From: Octopus sinensis
Lineage: Eukaryota
Direction of reading: 5' to 3'
DNA length: 64,000 nt
Assembly: GCF_006345805.1 (NCBI RefSeq)
Contig: NC_043011.1
Coordinates: 59,780,464-59,844,463, forward strand
Of this stretch, positions 26,418 through 38,035 are shown one piece after another. The translations under genes were made by a program, and so were the position numbers. Each line of letters begins with the position of its first letter. Positions within the stretch are counted from its first letter, which is position 1. A model generated the notes under the pieces. It was not told the origin of the DNA, searched no databases, and saw only the letters and a list, made by a program, of their open reading frames with translations.

Positions 26418-29400
26418 GCACATGTATATAAGCAAAATGTATATAAGATACATATAAATACGAGGGTGAGTCAAAAAGTAATGCCATTTTGTTTAGGACA
26501 GGTATAATTACCAACACAGGAACATATATCATACATCAAAATGAAGCTGGTCCTCTGTGGATCGCATCCCTATTTCTGGCTGTAGAAATTCTGTCCAACC
26601 CATGCCAGCACGAAAAGTGGATGTTAAACAGTGATGATGACATTGTCTGCAAAATGGTTACCAAACGGTTAAACTAAATACTTTGCTGAAATATATTTTC
26701 TTTATTATTTTCTGGGTGGAGAGCTGGCAGAATCGTTAGCACTCTGGGCGAAATGCGTAGCCGTATTTCATCTGCAGTTACGTTCCGAGTTCAAATTCCG
26801 CCGAGGTTGACTTTGCCTTTCATCCTTTCGGGGTCGATAAATTAAGTACCAGTTATGCACTGGGGTCGATGTAATCGACTTAATCCGTTTGTCTGTCCTT
26901 GTTTGTCCCCTCTGTGTTTGTCCCCTTGTGGGCAGTAAAGAAATATATATTTTCTTTATTATGTTTTCGCAACAGTCTGTGACACTAAATATTTTCCCAC
27001 AATTCTCTTTCTGTTGCAGATCAATGTCCAGAGTTCTGCCGTACAGCGCTGTTTGATGAGTGCTTATTCTAACCTTGCTGGTCTCTACCCACCTGATGGA
27101 GGACAGATTTGGAATTCCAACATCAGTTGGCAACCGATACCTGTTAGTATGATTCCTACTGAAGAGGACAGTGTAAGTTTGCAGTTTACCATTATTTAAA
27201 CGAAAATGAGTGAAGAGAAATAATTCAGAGTGACCAGTGGCATGTATTTGAGCAATTTACATTATTTACATTTGATGGATATTTGTCCTCATCTTGATTG
27301 TTGATAACACAACGTTTCAGCTGTTATACCCTCCAGCCTTCATCAGGTGTCTTGGGGAAATTTCGAACCTGAGTTCTCATTCCTAAGGTATTCTTCGATG
27401 TTGTTATTATTAGTATTATTATTATTACAGAAGAATTCAAGACAGGTTACCCTTGGGAGCTCCTCTATGTTGTTGACCTGGCCCTCATAATAGAATCACT
27501 ACCAGAACTAGAAAAGAAATTTTGGGTGTGGAAGCTAGGTTTAGAATCAAAAGGCCTTAAAGTCAATGTAGCAAAGACCAAAGTTATAGTAAGTAGGAAG
27601 GTGAACTCATCACACACACCCTCAGGTAGGTGGCCCTGCTCGATCTGTAGAAAAGGTGTAGGGAGAAACTCCATAAGATGTGCCCAGTGTAAGCTATGGA
27701 CGCATAAGAGGTGCAGCAACATCAAAGGAAAATTAACCGAGAAAATAGCTTTCATGTGCAGCAGATGCACAGGGCAATAGACACCACAGATACTCAGAAA
27801 ACAGATTCCCTCACACTCCAGGGAAAGAAAATAGAAGTAGCTGATAGTTTCCGCTACCTAGGTGACCAAGTTAGTAGTGGAGGTGGATGCTCAGAGAGTG
27901 TCACCACTAGAATAAGAATAGCCTGGGCAAAGTTTAGAAAGCTTCTACCCCTACTGGTGACAAAGGGTCTCTTGCTCAGAGTGAAAGGTAGATTGTACGA
28001 CGCATGTGTGCGAACTGCCATGCTTCAAGGCAGTGAAACATGGGCTGTGACTGCGGAGGACATGCATAGGCTCGAAAGAAATAAAGCTAGCACGATCCAC
28101 TGGATGCGTAATGTCAGTGTGCGTACATGACAGAGTGTAAGTGCCCTGAGAGAAATGCTGGACATATGATGCATCGGATGTGGCGTACAGGAGAGACGTT
28201 TGCGCTGGTATGATCATGTACTATGGATGGATGAGGAGTGATGTGTGAAGAAGTGCCACTCCCAAACAGTTGAAGCAATCCGGGGTAGAGGTAGACCCAG
28301 GAAGACATGGGATGAGGTGGTCAAGCATGACCTTCGATCGTTGGACCTCACAGAGGCAATGACGAAAGACCGAGACCCCTGGAGATATGCTGTGACTGCG
28401 AAGACCCGACAAATAACTTGAGTTCATGGCTGTTTCTTGCACCAGCTTCACATAGCAGCCCCTGCCCATCCAAAGTACCTTGGATCATAGGATTGCCTGC
28501 TGTGCTTACCTTGGATCGTAGGGCAACCTGCTGTGCTTGAGGAGACCTATTGAGTCAAGTACATCAACATCTAAATAAAAATCAAATGGAAATTGTAGTT
28601 GTGATACCCGTGCCAGTGGAACGTAAAAGGACCGTCCAAACGTGGCCAATGCCAGCGCTCCTTTGACTGGCTTCCGTGCCGGTGGCACATAAAAAGCACC
28701 CACTGCACTCACAGTGTGGTTGGCGTTAGGAAGGACATCCAGCTGTAGAAACACTGCCAGATGAGATTGGAGCCTGGTGCAGCCTCCTGGCTTCCCAGAC
28801 CCTGGTCGAACCATCCAACTCATGCTAGCATGGAAAATGGATGTTAAATGATGATTATTATTATTATTATTATTATTCAGGTCACTGCCTGGAATCGAAC
28901 TCATCATCTCTTAGATATAGAACTGGAATAACATGGATAAATACAAGTATATCAAGTACCATACAGCATAAATTCTTGATTTATTAAAAATCATTTCTGC
29001 CTGCAGAGGATGTGTCATGATAATCAAGTGGCAATTAAGATCAGATCCATGTGAGAAGGGGAGATAACCCTAAGAATCAAGAATTCTCCAAAGTTGACAT
29101 GGTATCAAGGAAAAGTCTTTCAGTCTGTCTGGAGATAAGAGGACAGTCATAGGCACATGTTTCTGCCTCAATAGCTGTCATCAGGACAACAGTTGTCCAA
29201 CTTTATCTCCAGCAGCCAAGAGACTTAGACTTATGCAAAGAGTTGAACACATGGTCTAGGTAATTTGCATAATTTAGACATAAATGAGCTAAGGGAAATA
29301 ACTCAAATTAACCAGTGGCATGTGCATAAACAGCATAGATTAATACAGGCTTACCAAATATCATACAACATAAATATCTTCCCCTCTAGAGAATGTAGAG

Positions 29401-30402
29401 CAATTAACCCCTGTTGTTGCTTAGCCCTAGGTCAAAATTCTGTATGAGCAGCCCCCTTCTAAAACCTTCAAGCTGGGGTGACCATCCTGTTTTACATTTT
29501 CTTTATTTAGACATAGTGTATCAAGGACTACATTATCCAATGTAGTCATAGTATCTATGTATAGCATCATATTAGCCAATGAATCTCTCTCCCTTTTTTT
29601 TTTTTTTTTTTAAATATAGTGGTTCTTTAGGCTTTCCGGTTATTAGAGGACCTCACTGGTGCTGGTGCCATAGAAAAAAAGCACCGAGTAGACTTTGTTA
29701 ATTGGTTGGCATCAGAAAGGGCATGAAGCTGTAGAAACTATGCCAAAATTGGAACCCAGGCATATCACAGGGTCCTTCAATTCATAAGATACTATCAAAC
29801 CTTTAAGCCCTTGTCAGCAAGAAAAGTAGACGTGAAATGATCACAGTGACAATACGATGACAACAATGATAATGTGTTCTGCACTACATTGCCAAAATAT
29901 GCCCTTGCTTTCAACAGTTTGCAGGAGATTTGGCTGCTCCTTCTAGCAGGTCAAGCATCCCTATACAGACTCCTTCATTGGCTCATTAGAAATGTAATCT
30001 GTGTTGTGCTCCTGTTTAGCTCCAGGTTAATGTCTATTGAACACACACATGATCAAAGACATTCCAGCCATGATCATCCCATCCTAGTTTTTCTTTCCTC
30101 AGGCATAATATACCCTGGTCTATACTATCTAATGTTTTGAGGGAGATTTATTTACTATTTCCAGCAAGTTGAACCCACCATGTAAAGCCACCTCTATTGG
30201 GTCTGAAGGACAACTGTTTGCTAGCCAAGTAGACTGAGGCATGATGAATTTAAATGACTTTTCCCAGGAGCAATTGTAGTCGTATTGATGGTGGTGGTGG
30301 TGGCGGCAGCAGCAGCAGTAGTAGTAGTAAGTAGTAGTAGTAGTAGTAAGTAGTAGTAGTAGTAGTGGTAAGTAGTAGTAGTAGTAAGTAGTAGTAGTAG
30401 TA

Positions 30403-30485
<83 letters not shown>

Positions 30486-30874
30486 AGTGGAGGCGCAATG
30501 GCCCAGTGGTTAGGGCAGCGGACTCGTGGTCATAGGATCGCAGTTTCGATTCCCAGACCGGGCGTTGTGAGTGTTTATTGAGCGAAAACACCTAAAGCTC
30601 CACGAGGCTCCGGCAGGGGGTAGTGGTGAACCCTGCTGTACTCTTTCACCACAACTTTCTCTCGCTCTTACTTCCTGTTTCTGTTGTACCTGTATTTCAA
30701 AGGGGCCAGCCTTGTCACTCTCTGTGTCACGCTGAATATCCCCGAGAATTACGTTAAGGGTACACGTGTCTGTGGAGTGCTTAGCCACTTACACGTTAAT
30801 TTCACGAGCAGGCTGTTCCGTTGATTCGGATCAACCGGAACTCTCATCGTCGTAACCGACGGAGTGCTTCCATC

Positions 30875-30927
<53 letters not shown>

Positions 30928-33900
30928 GTTTTTCCTTCTGAATCTGTATGTCAGTAGTAATTTACAGAATTTTAAAAGAATTTTCATTTTTGGTTTGCTT
31001 TTTTTTATATTTTTTTAAACTGTGTTTTTGTTTTTATTTCTTAATCTGTAGACGTTGCAGATTTCCAAGGATTGTCCCAGATACGACATGTTGAAGGAAC
31101 AGGAACTGAAAACCCACGCAATCAAGGAAGAAGAGAAGAAAAATAAAGTAAGAAGGTTTTGATATTTCAGTTCCTTTATCGATGCTCGCAGAATATTTTG
31201 CAATGCATCCTCCCACAGGTGTATTAGATGCAGGTGTGGTTGTGTGGGTAAGACAATTGTTTCCTGACCGTATATTCTCGGGTTCAGTCCCACTGCATGC
31301 CACCTTGGACAAATGTCCTCTACTTATGCCCTGGGTCAACCAAAGCCTTGTGAGTGAATTTGGTAGATGGAAACTCATAGAAGATCATATCATCATTCAA
31401 CATCTGTTTTTCCATGCTGGCATGGGTTGGACGGTTTTACGGGAAACTGATAAGCCAGAGTAGTGCAGCAAGTTCTAGTCTTTTTTGGCATGGTTTCTAC
31501 AGCTGGATGCCATTCCTAATGCCAACCACTCCAAGAGTGTAATGGGTGCTTTTTATATACGTATATAAGCAATAACTATAACGATAGAGAATATGGAGAT
31601 TGGTAGACTGGTACATCCTCAAAATTTATTTCTTTTCATTTTACAATGTCTGGTTGAAAAACACTGAACAAAGTTGCTCTGATAATTATGTCCGGTGGTA
31701 TATGCAACCACTGCCCATAGTCTGTGTTGTGGCAACACGTGCAGGACGTCATAACCATAGAAATATATTGTATGACCTTGGGGGGGTCCCTATGATCCCT
31801 GGGAGTCCATTTGACCCTTGGGGGTCCATCTAAGATTTTGTTCTTAAAATTCATGTGTAATAAATTGGTTACACTTCTGCAATTCATAAAATGTTTGACA
31901 ATTTTTCTACAATTCTTTGAAATATTTTGTCATAGAAATATCAGAGGATTTTTCTGGACCTCAAATGGCTTTGAGGGTCCACCTGAGTGAAATAGAAATC
32001 AAAGGGGTCCATTAAAAGAAAGTGGTTGAGAACCAATGATTTATATAAGTGATTCCCAAAGTGGGCAGTATTGCCCCCTGGGGGATGGTGGAAAGTTCCA
32101 AGGGGGCATTGATGAAAAGTGGGGGTGATAATGGGGTAACAATTCTTGTAAAAACAACAAAATAATGGGTTTGTTAGGTTAAGCTTCATTTTGAAATACA
32201 GTTGCTTTGAATTTGCTTCAGAAAAAGGTCTATGTTTGTGATGGGTAATTGGGGTGGGGGTGCTAGGAATGTGGCCTGGGTGTCAAGGGGGCAGCAGCCC
32301 CAAAAAGTTTGGGACCCACTGGTTTACATGAACATAACATTTAGAGCTGAATGAAGAATGAAAGAACTCCAAAATCTGATGAAGTCTAAGGGAAGTAATT
32401 ATTGGAAAAAAAATGTTTTGTTAGAAATAAAGAATAAGGAGACATTTGGTTTTTTATTTGTATCAGTCATTAGATTGTGGCCATGCTGGAGCACTGCCTT
32501 GAAGAATGCTTGTTGAACAAATTGGCCACAGGGCTTATTTTTTTCGACCCTAGTCTTTATTCCATCAGTCGCTTTTGTCGAGCCGCTAAGTTATGGGAAC
32601 GTAAACGCACCAACACTGGTTGTCAAGCCTGGTGGGGGTGAAATACACAAATATATACGATGGGCTTCTTTCAGTTTCCATCAACCAAATCCACTCGCAA
32701 GATTACGATGACAAGTTTTCCAGTTGATCCGATCAACGGAACAGCCTGCTTGTGAAATGAACATGGCAAGTGGCTGAGCGCTCCACAGACACGCTTACCC
32801 CTTATAGTTCTCAGGGAGATTCAGCATGACACAGAATGTGACAAAGCTGGCCCTTTTTAATTACAGGTACAACTCATTATTGCCAGCTGAGTGGACTGGA
32901 GCAACGTGGAATAAAGGGTCCTGCTCAAGGACACAATGCCTCACTCGGTGTCAAACTCCTCACTGTACGATCATGAGCTGAATACCTCAACCAGTAACCC
33001 GTGTACCATATGGCACTCAAATGCTGTGATGTGCAACCATTTTCAAGAAGTGTGGAGCCACAAAAGACATGGCTCAGCATTAAGTAAGCTGCAGAACTAT
33101 AGAAAAATTGAAGATAATGTATTTTGTTGGGATGGCCCAGGGGCCACCATTTGGCCTTGACTGTTCTAATGCCTCTGCAAAAGCACTACCTAAAAATAAA
33201 AGTATTTATTGATCAAACACCTTTTGAGCGTGGCCGTTGCCAGTACCACCTGACTGGCCTTCATACCTGTGGCACATAAATGCACCCACTACACTCTTGG
33301 AGTGGTTGGCGTTAGGAAAGGCATCCAGCTGTAGAAACTCTGCCAGATCGAGATTGGAGCCTGGTGCAGCCATCTGGCTCGCCAACCCTCAGTCAAATCG
33401 TCCAACCCATGCTAGCAAGGAAAACGGACGTTAAACGATGATGATGATGATGATGTTGGAAAGGTTGGTGGAAGTTAAAAAGGAAAATAATGATTAGGTA
33501 CAAGGTGTGGTAAAAAAAGGGTTGGACGGTACTAATGGCTCCAAGGACTGCTGCATATTCCAGTGTCTGCTACTCTCTTCCTTCTAGGTTATATCTACCT
33601 TTTCTCTATCAATACATTTTCAATTCTAAAATGGTAGAATCGTAAGATTGCTGAACAAAACTGCTTGCTGCCATTTCTTCCAGTTTGACATTTTGAGTTC
33701 AAATTCCACCAACGTTAACTTCACTTTTTATTCTTTCAGGGTTGATAAAAAAAAAAGAACAAGCTAACGCAGGGTTGATGTAATCGACTTACCCCTCCAC
33801 CCCCAACTCCGAAATTGCTGGCCTTGTGCCAAAATTTGAAACTAATGATTGGTCAACTTACACTTCTGTGGATTTCCCTGTTAATCCATTTTCTTTTGTC

Positions 33901-36900
33901 CTCCAGTTACCTCCCTTAGACTTACTCTTAAGTATATCACAAATTTAAACTTCAATACTTACCTTACTCTAAATTAATGGTTGTTATGAGTGGAGGGCAT
34001 GGAAAGAAGGCATGCTTTGAAGATTATAAAACAAAACGGGGGCTAATAAATTGCCACGTTTAACCCTTTTGGAATCCAACTTGGCAGTGAGATTTGACTG
34101 GTATGCAGTCATCGGATACCCACCACTGATGAGATCCAGCAGACGGAAATCTCATAATAAGGGAATTCCAGCACCCGTAACAGACAATTCTCATCTGCTA
34201 TGATTTGTGCCAGTGCCTTTATGCACCATGTGTCTTTGTGAAAGGATCTCCCAAGACTAAACATGACATCGACATTAAGTTGGATATAAAGATTATCTTT
34301 TGGTACTAACACTGCTTCCGTTGGTAATAAAGGAATAATTCTTTTGAAGGTGTACATTCACAGCTGTTTCGATATTTTCTTTGCAGCCCTTCTATAAGTT
34401 TCTCAGTCGGGTAACTGGTGGTCCCAAGGAAAACATCAGTTATGTTTGGATGCTGGCTGACACTTTAATTTGTGAGGTGAGTTCAATTTTTTTATCATTC
34501 AATTAATTATATTTTTAATTACATAATGTTTTAGTATTAGGGAGTAGTGAGTCCCCTGCACATTGCTGTCTCGATCTCTGGGGCTCATAAAGCTAAGTAC
34601 CCAGTTCCTTCTGAACGGGATGTCCGTCTGTTTCTGCTTTACTCGTTTACAGTTGAGAGGACTAGAGCAGTGTAAAGTGATGTGCCTTGCTTAAGAATAT
34701 GATGTATTGCCCTGCCTGAGAATTGAAACCACAATCTCACAATCATGAGTGCAGTAGCCTAACCATCAGGCTACTCCCTTCAATGTTTTAATCTTGAAAT
34801 ATGAAATAGGCACAGGCATGGCTGTGGGGTAAGGAGCTTCCTTCCCAACCTGTCACCTTGCATGACACCTTGACCAAGTGACTTGTGAATGGATGTGGTA
34901 GATGGTATATATACATACATACATACATATATATATATACAAAGTAAGTTAGGGGTTATGGGTGTAACCCACTATGGAATAGCATTTATCCAATATACTT
35001 TTGGTAAAGTACCCAAATTCTTAATACGTAAATGTTTTTAATTGCAATGCAATTAAGTCATTTATTGTATTAAACGGGTGAAGGTATAGAAATATTTTTA
35101 CCGTAAATTTATAATACAAATAAGAAAATGGAGAAACAAATTTAGTTTGTTCATCAACTTTCGGATATTAAAATGTTGGATTATTTATTCATTTAACAAA
35201 TGAATAGTCCTTGGAATGGAGAAAATATGGATTGATTCATCACTGAAAGATATACCCATACCACCCAAGGACTATTCATTTGTAAAAATGAATAGATAAT
35301 CCAACATTTTAATATCTGTAAGTTGATGAACAAACTAAATTTGTTTCTCCATTTTCTTACTTGTAATCGTGGCCGTTTGCCAGCTCTGTCTGGCACCTGT
35401 GCGGGTGGCACGTAAAAAGCACCCACTACACTCACGGAGTGGTTGGCGTTAGGAAGGGCATCCAGCTGTAGAAACACTGCTAGATCTGACTGGGCCTGAT
35501 GAAGCCTTCCAGCTTCACAGACCCCAGTTGAACCGTCCGACCCATGCTAGCATGGAGAACGGACGCTAAATGATGATGATGATGATGATGATATACGCAC
35601 GTGTGTGTTTGTGTCTTTGTGTGTATGTTTCTCCCCACTGCTTGAGAACCAGTGTTGGTGTGTTTACATCTTTGTAACTTAGCAGTTTGGCAGTGGAGAC
35701 CAGTGGAATAATTACCAGGCTTTTAAAAAATAAGTACCTGGGTCGATACATTCAACTAAAAATCTCTCAAAGCATTGCTCTGGCATGGACACAGTATCAT
35801 GACTGAAACAAGGAAAAGATAAAAGAAACTTGTCTAAAGTTCATGAAATCTTTCCAGACGTAGGACATGGCTACATGGTTAAGAAGTCTGCTACAAGCCT
35901 TGTGGTTTGGGGTTCAGTCCTGCTACAAGCCAACCAAATCCTTGTAAATGAATTTTGTAGACAGAAACTAAACGAAGCCCAAATAGGAAGATTTTATTGA
36001 TGAGTTACCTTCTGCATAAAGGACATATAGTTAAATGCAAGGTGCCTTTTTAATGTGAGCTGAAAATTATTTTCTGGTTGTTGAAATTATAACTGTATTG
36101 AGAAGAAGAGTCATTAGTGCTAATAAAAATTGCTCCTAAAATGGGGCAAGGGAGAGAACTGTGAAATTTTACTTGTTCAAATATTAAACAGAGTTATGTC
36201 TAAAGGGAGAAGTGTGTCGTGGTCTTTGGTTTCTATGGTGACAACTCCATTCCTATTTTGGTTTTATCGTGAAATAAAGACCATTAAATCACTTAAACAC
36301 TATGTTGATCATGGTATGGAAATTATTTAGTGATTTGGCTACTTAAAATGATGATACTAGAAAATTTCCCAAGAGTTCCTTCTGTATACAGAATATATAG
36401 CCAAGTGCAGGCTACCATAGTTAATGCGGTGAGTCAGAACTGTTAGGAGCATGCCATAAATTTTTTTGATAACAACCTGCCAAATATTCCTGGGAGGGTC
36501 TTTGGAGTAGAGATCCTCAGGAAGGTAATCCAACCATCTCATTCTTGGTTTACCCCTACATTTTTGGTCAGTTGGCTCAGCTTGAATCTGTTTTGTGATC
36601 GTTTCCTGCAATTATTTACAGTATTTACATTTGACGGATATTTGTCCTCATCTTCTTTGTTGTTAACACAACATTTTGGCTCATATACACTCCAGCCTTC
36701 ATCAGGTGTCTTGAGGAAATTGCGAACCTGGGTTCTCATTCCTAAGGTATTTTTTGATGTTATTATTATTATTCAGGTCACTGCCTGGAATCGAACTCAG
36801 AATCTTGGGGCTAGTAGCCTGCGCTCTTAACCACTACGCCATATGCCCATGGAATGAGAACCGAGGTTTGAAATTTCCCCAAGACACCCGATGAAGGCTG

Positions 36901-38004
36901 GAGGGTATAATCATCAAATATCCCTTAAATATAGAACTCTACTCTCCTGCAATGTTTTAATCCCACATCCATGGTAACCAGAGCTGTGACCTCTCAATGC
37001 AGAGAAATAATGCCCCTACCCGGAGAGACTCCCCTTATCTCCAAACTACACATCCTGTCAAGTAACCTTGTCCCAGATATCCTTCGTAGGGACCCCTATT
37101 TCAGCCGCTTCTATTCCTGATTGTATTCTATTGTTTATTACCCAGCATTCATGACTAAAAGGGATCCAAATAATGGCAAAGTTATTTTACGAAATTATTT
37201 TCAAAAATTAATTGAAGCAAAAACACTTTTTCAGTAGAAAAATGATAAGAAAATGGGTTAAAAACCAAACCAAACGAGCCACGCATGGGACAATATTAAT
37301 TGGTTTAAGGATGAATTGGTCAAAATTTTTATTATAAAACTAGCAGTATCACCCGGCGTTGCTCGGGTTTGTAAGGGAAATAACTATATAAGCATTTTTA
37401 GAGAGTTATAGCCAAAAAATAGCAAAAAAATGTATTAAAAATGGAAAAAAAATTTTGGTAAATTTTTTTTTAAATCGTTGACTCATCGTAGACATTTTTA
37501 GAGAGTTACTTCCCTTATATAATAGCGAAAAAATGCATTAAAATGGAAAAAAATGATGGTAAATTTTTTTTTAAATCGTAGACTCATTGTAGACGCGTGC
37601 TAATACCCAGAAGGGCTCGATATGAATCACGACTATAAGATAGTGACATAGGTGGTATGTGTGTTAAACTGCACCGCAAAATGTGGGAGTAGTTAGGAAT
37701 CTAAATCATAGGAGACAGACACACAACCTTACTTTTATATATAAAGATATGTCTGAAACTAGATTTTTCTGTTACCAATGTCTCAAGAATTTAAATTTTT
37801 ATTATATATTTATTTGTTTCTCTTGGTTTTTTGTTTTTATTTTGCATTTTACAGAGACATCACAATTTCAGTAGGCCATCCTGGTTAAATGAAACAGTTT
37901 ACAATAAGCTCATTGCTCTTAATACCTTGTCATTTACACTTCTCTTTGGAACCCCTGAAATGGCTCGACTGAAAGGAGGTAAGTCCATCTTGACTGATAT
38001 AATA

Positions 38005-38035
<31 letters not shown>

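Larger units (their letters stand above)
27256..28902 (-). mobile_element. tRNA-headed hammerhead-tailed element (family D) split by an RTE insertion in its (AAT)n linker
   Basis: 27256-27426 plus 28855-28902 together match 36612-36800. Confidence 0.75.

Noticed and set aside
30488-30565. tRNA genes (also 36774-36848 and 50583-50660)
   Set aside because: A and B boxes are present but there is no proper acceptor stem or cloverleaf, and each continues into a SINE body.
34123-34160. CTGATGAG...GAAA hammerhead candidate
   Set aside because: No stem II or stem I pairing.
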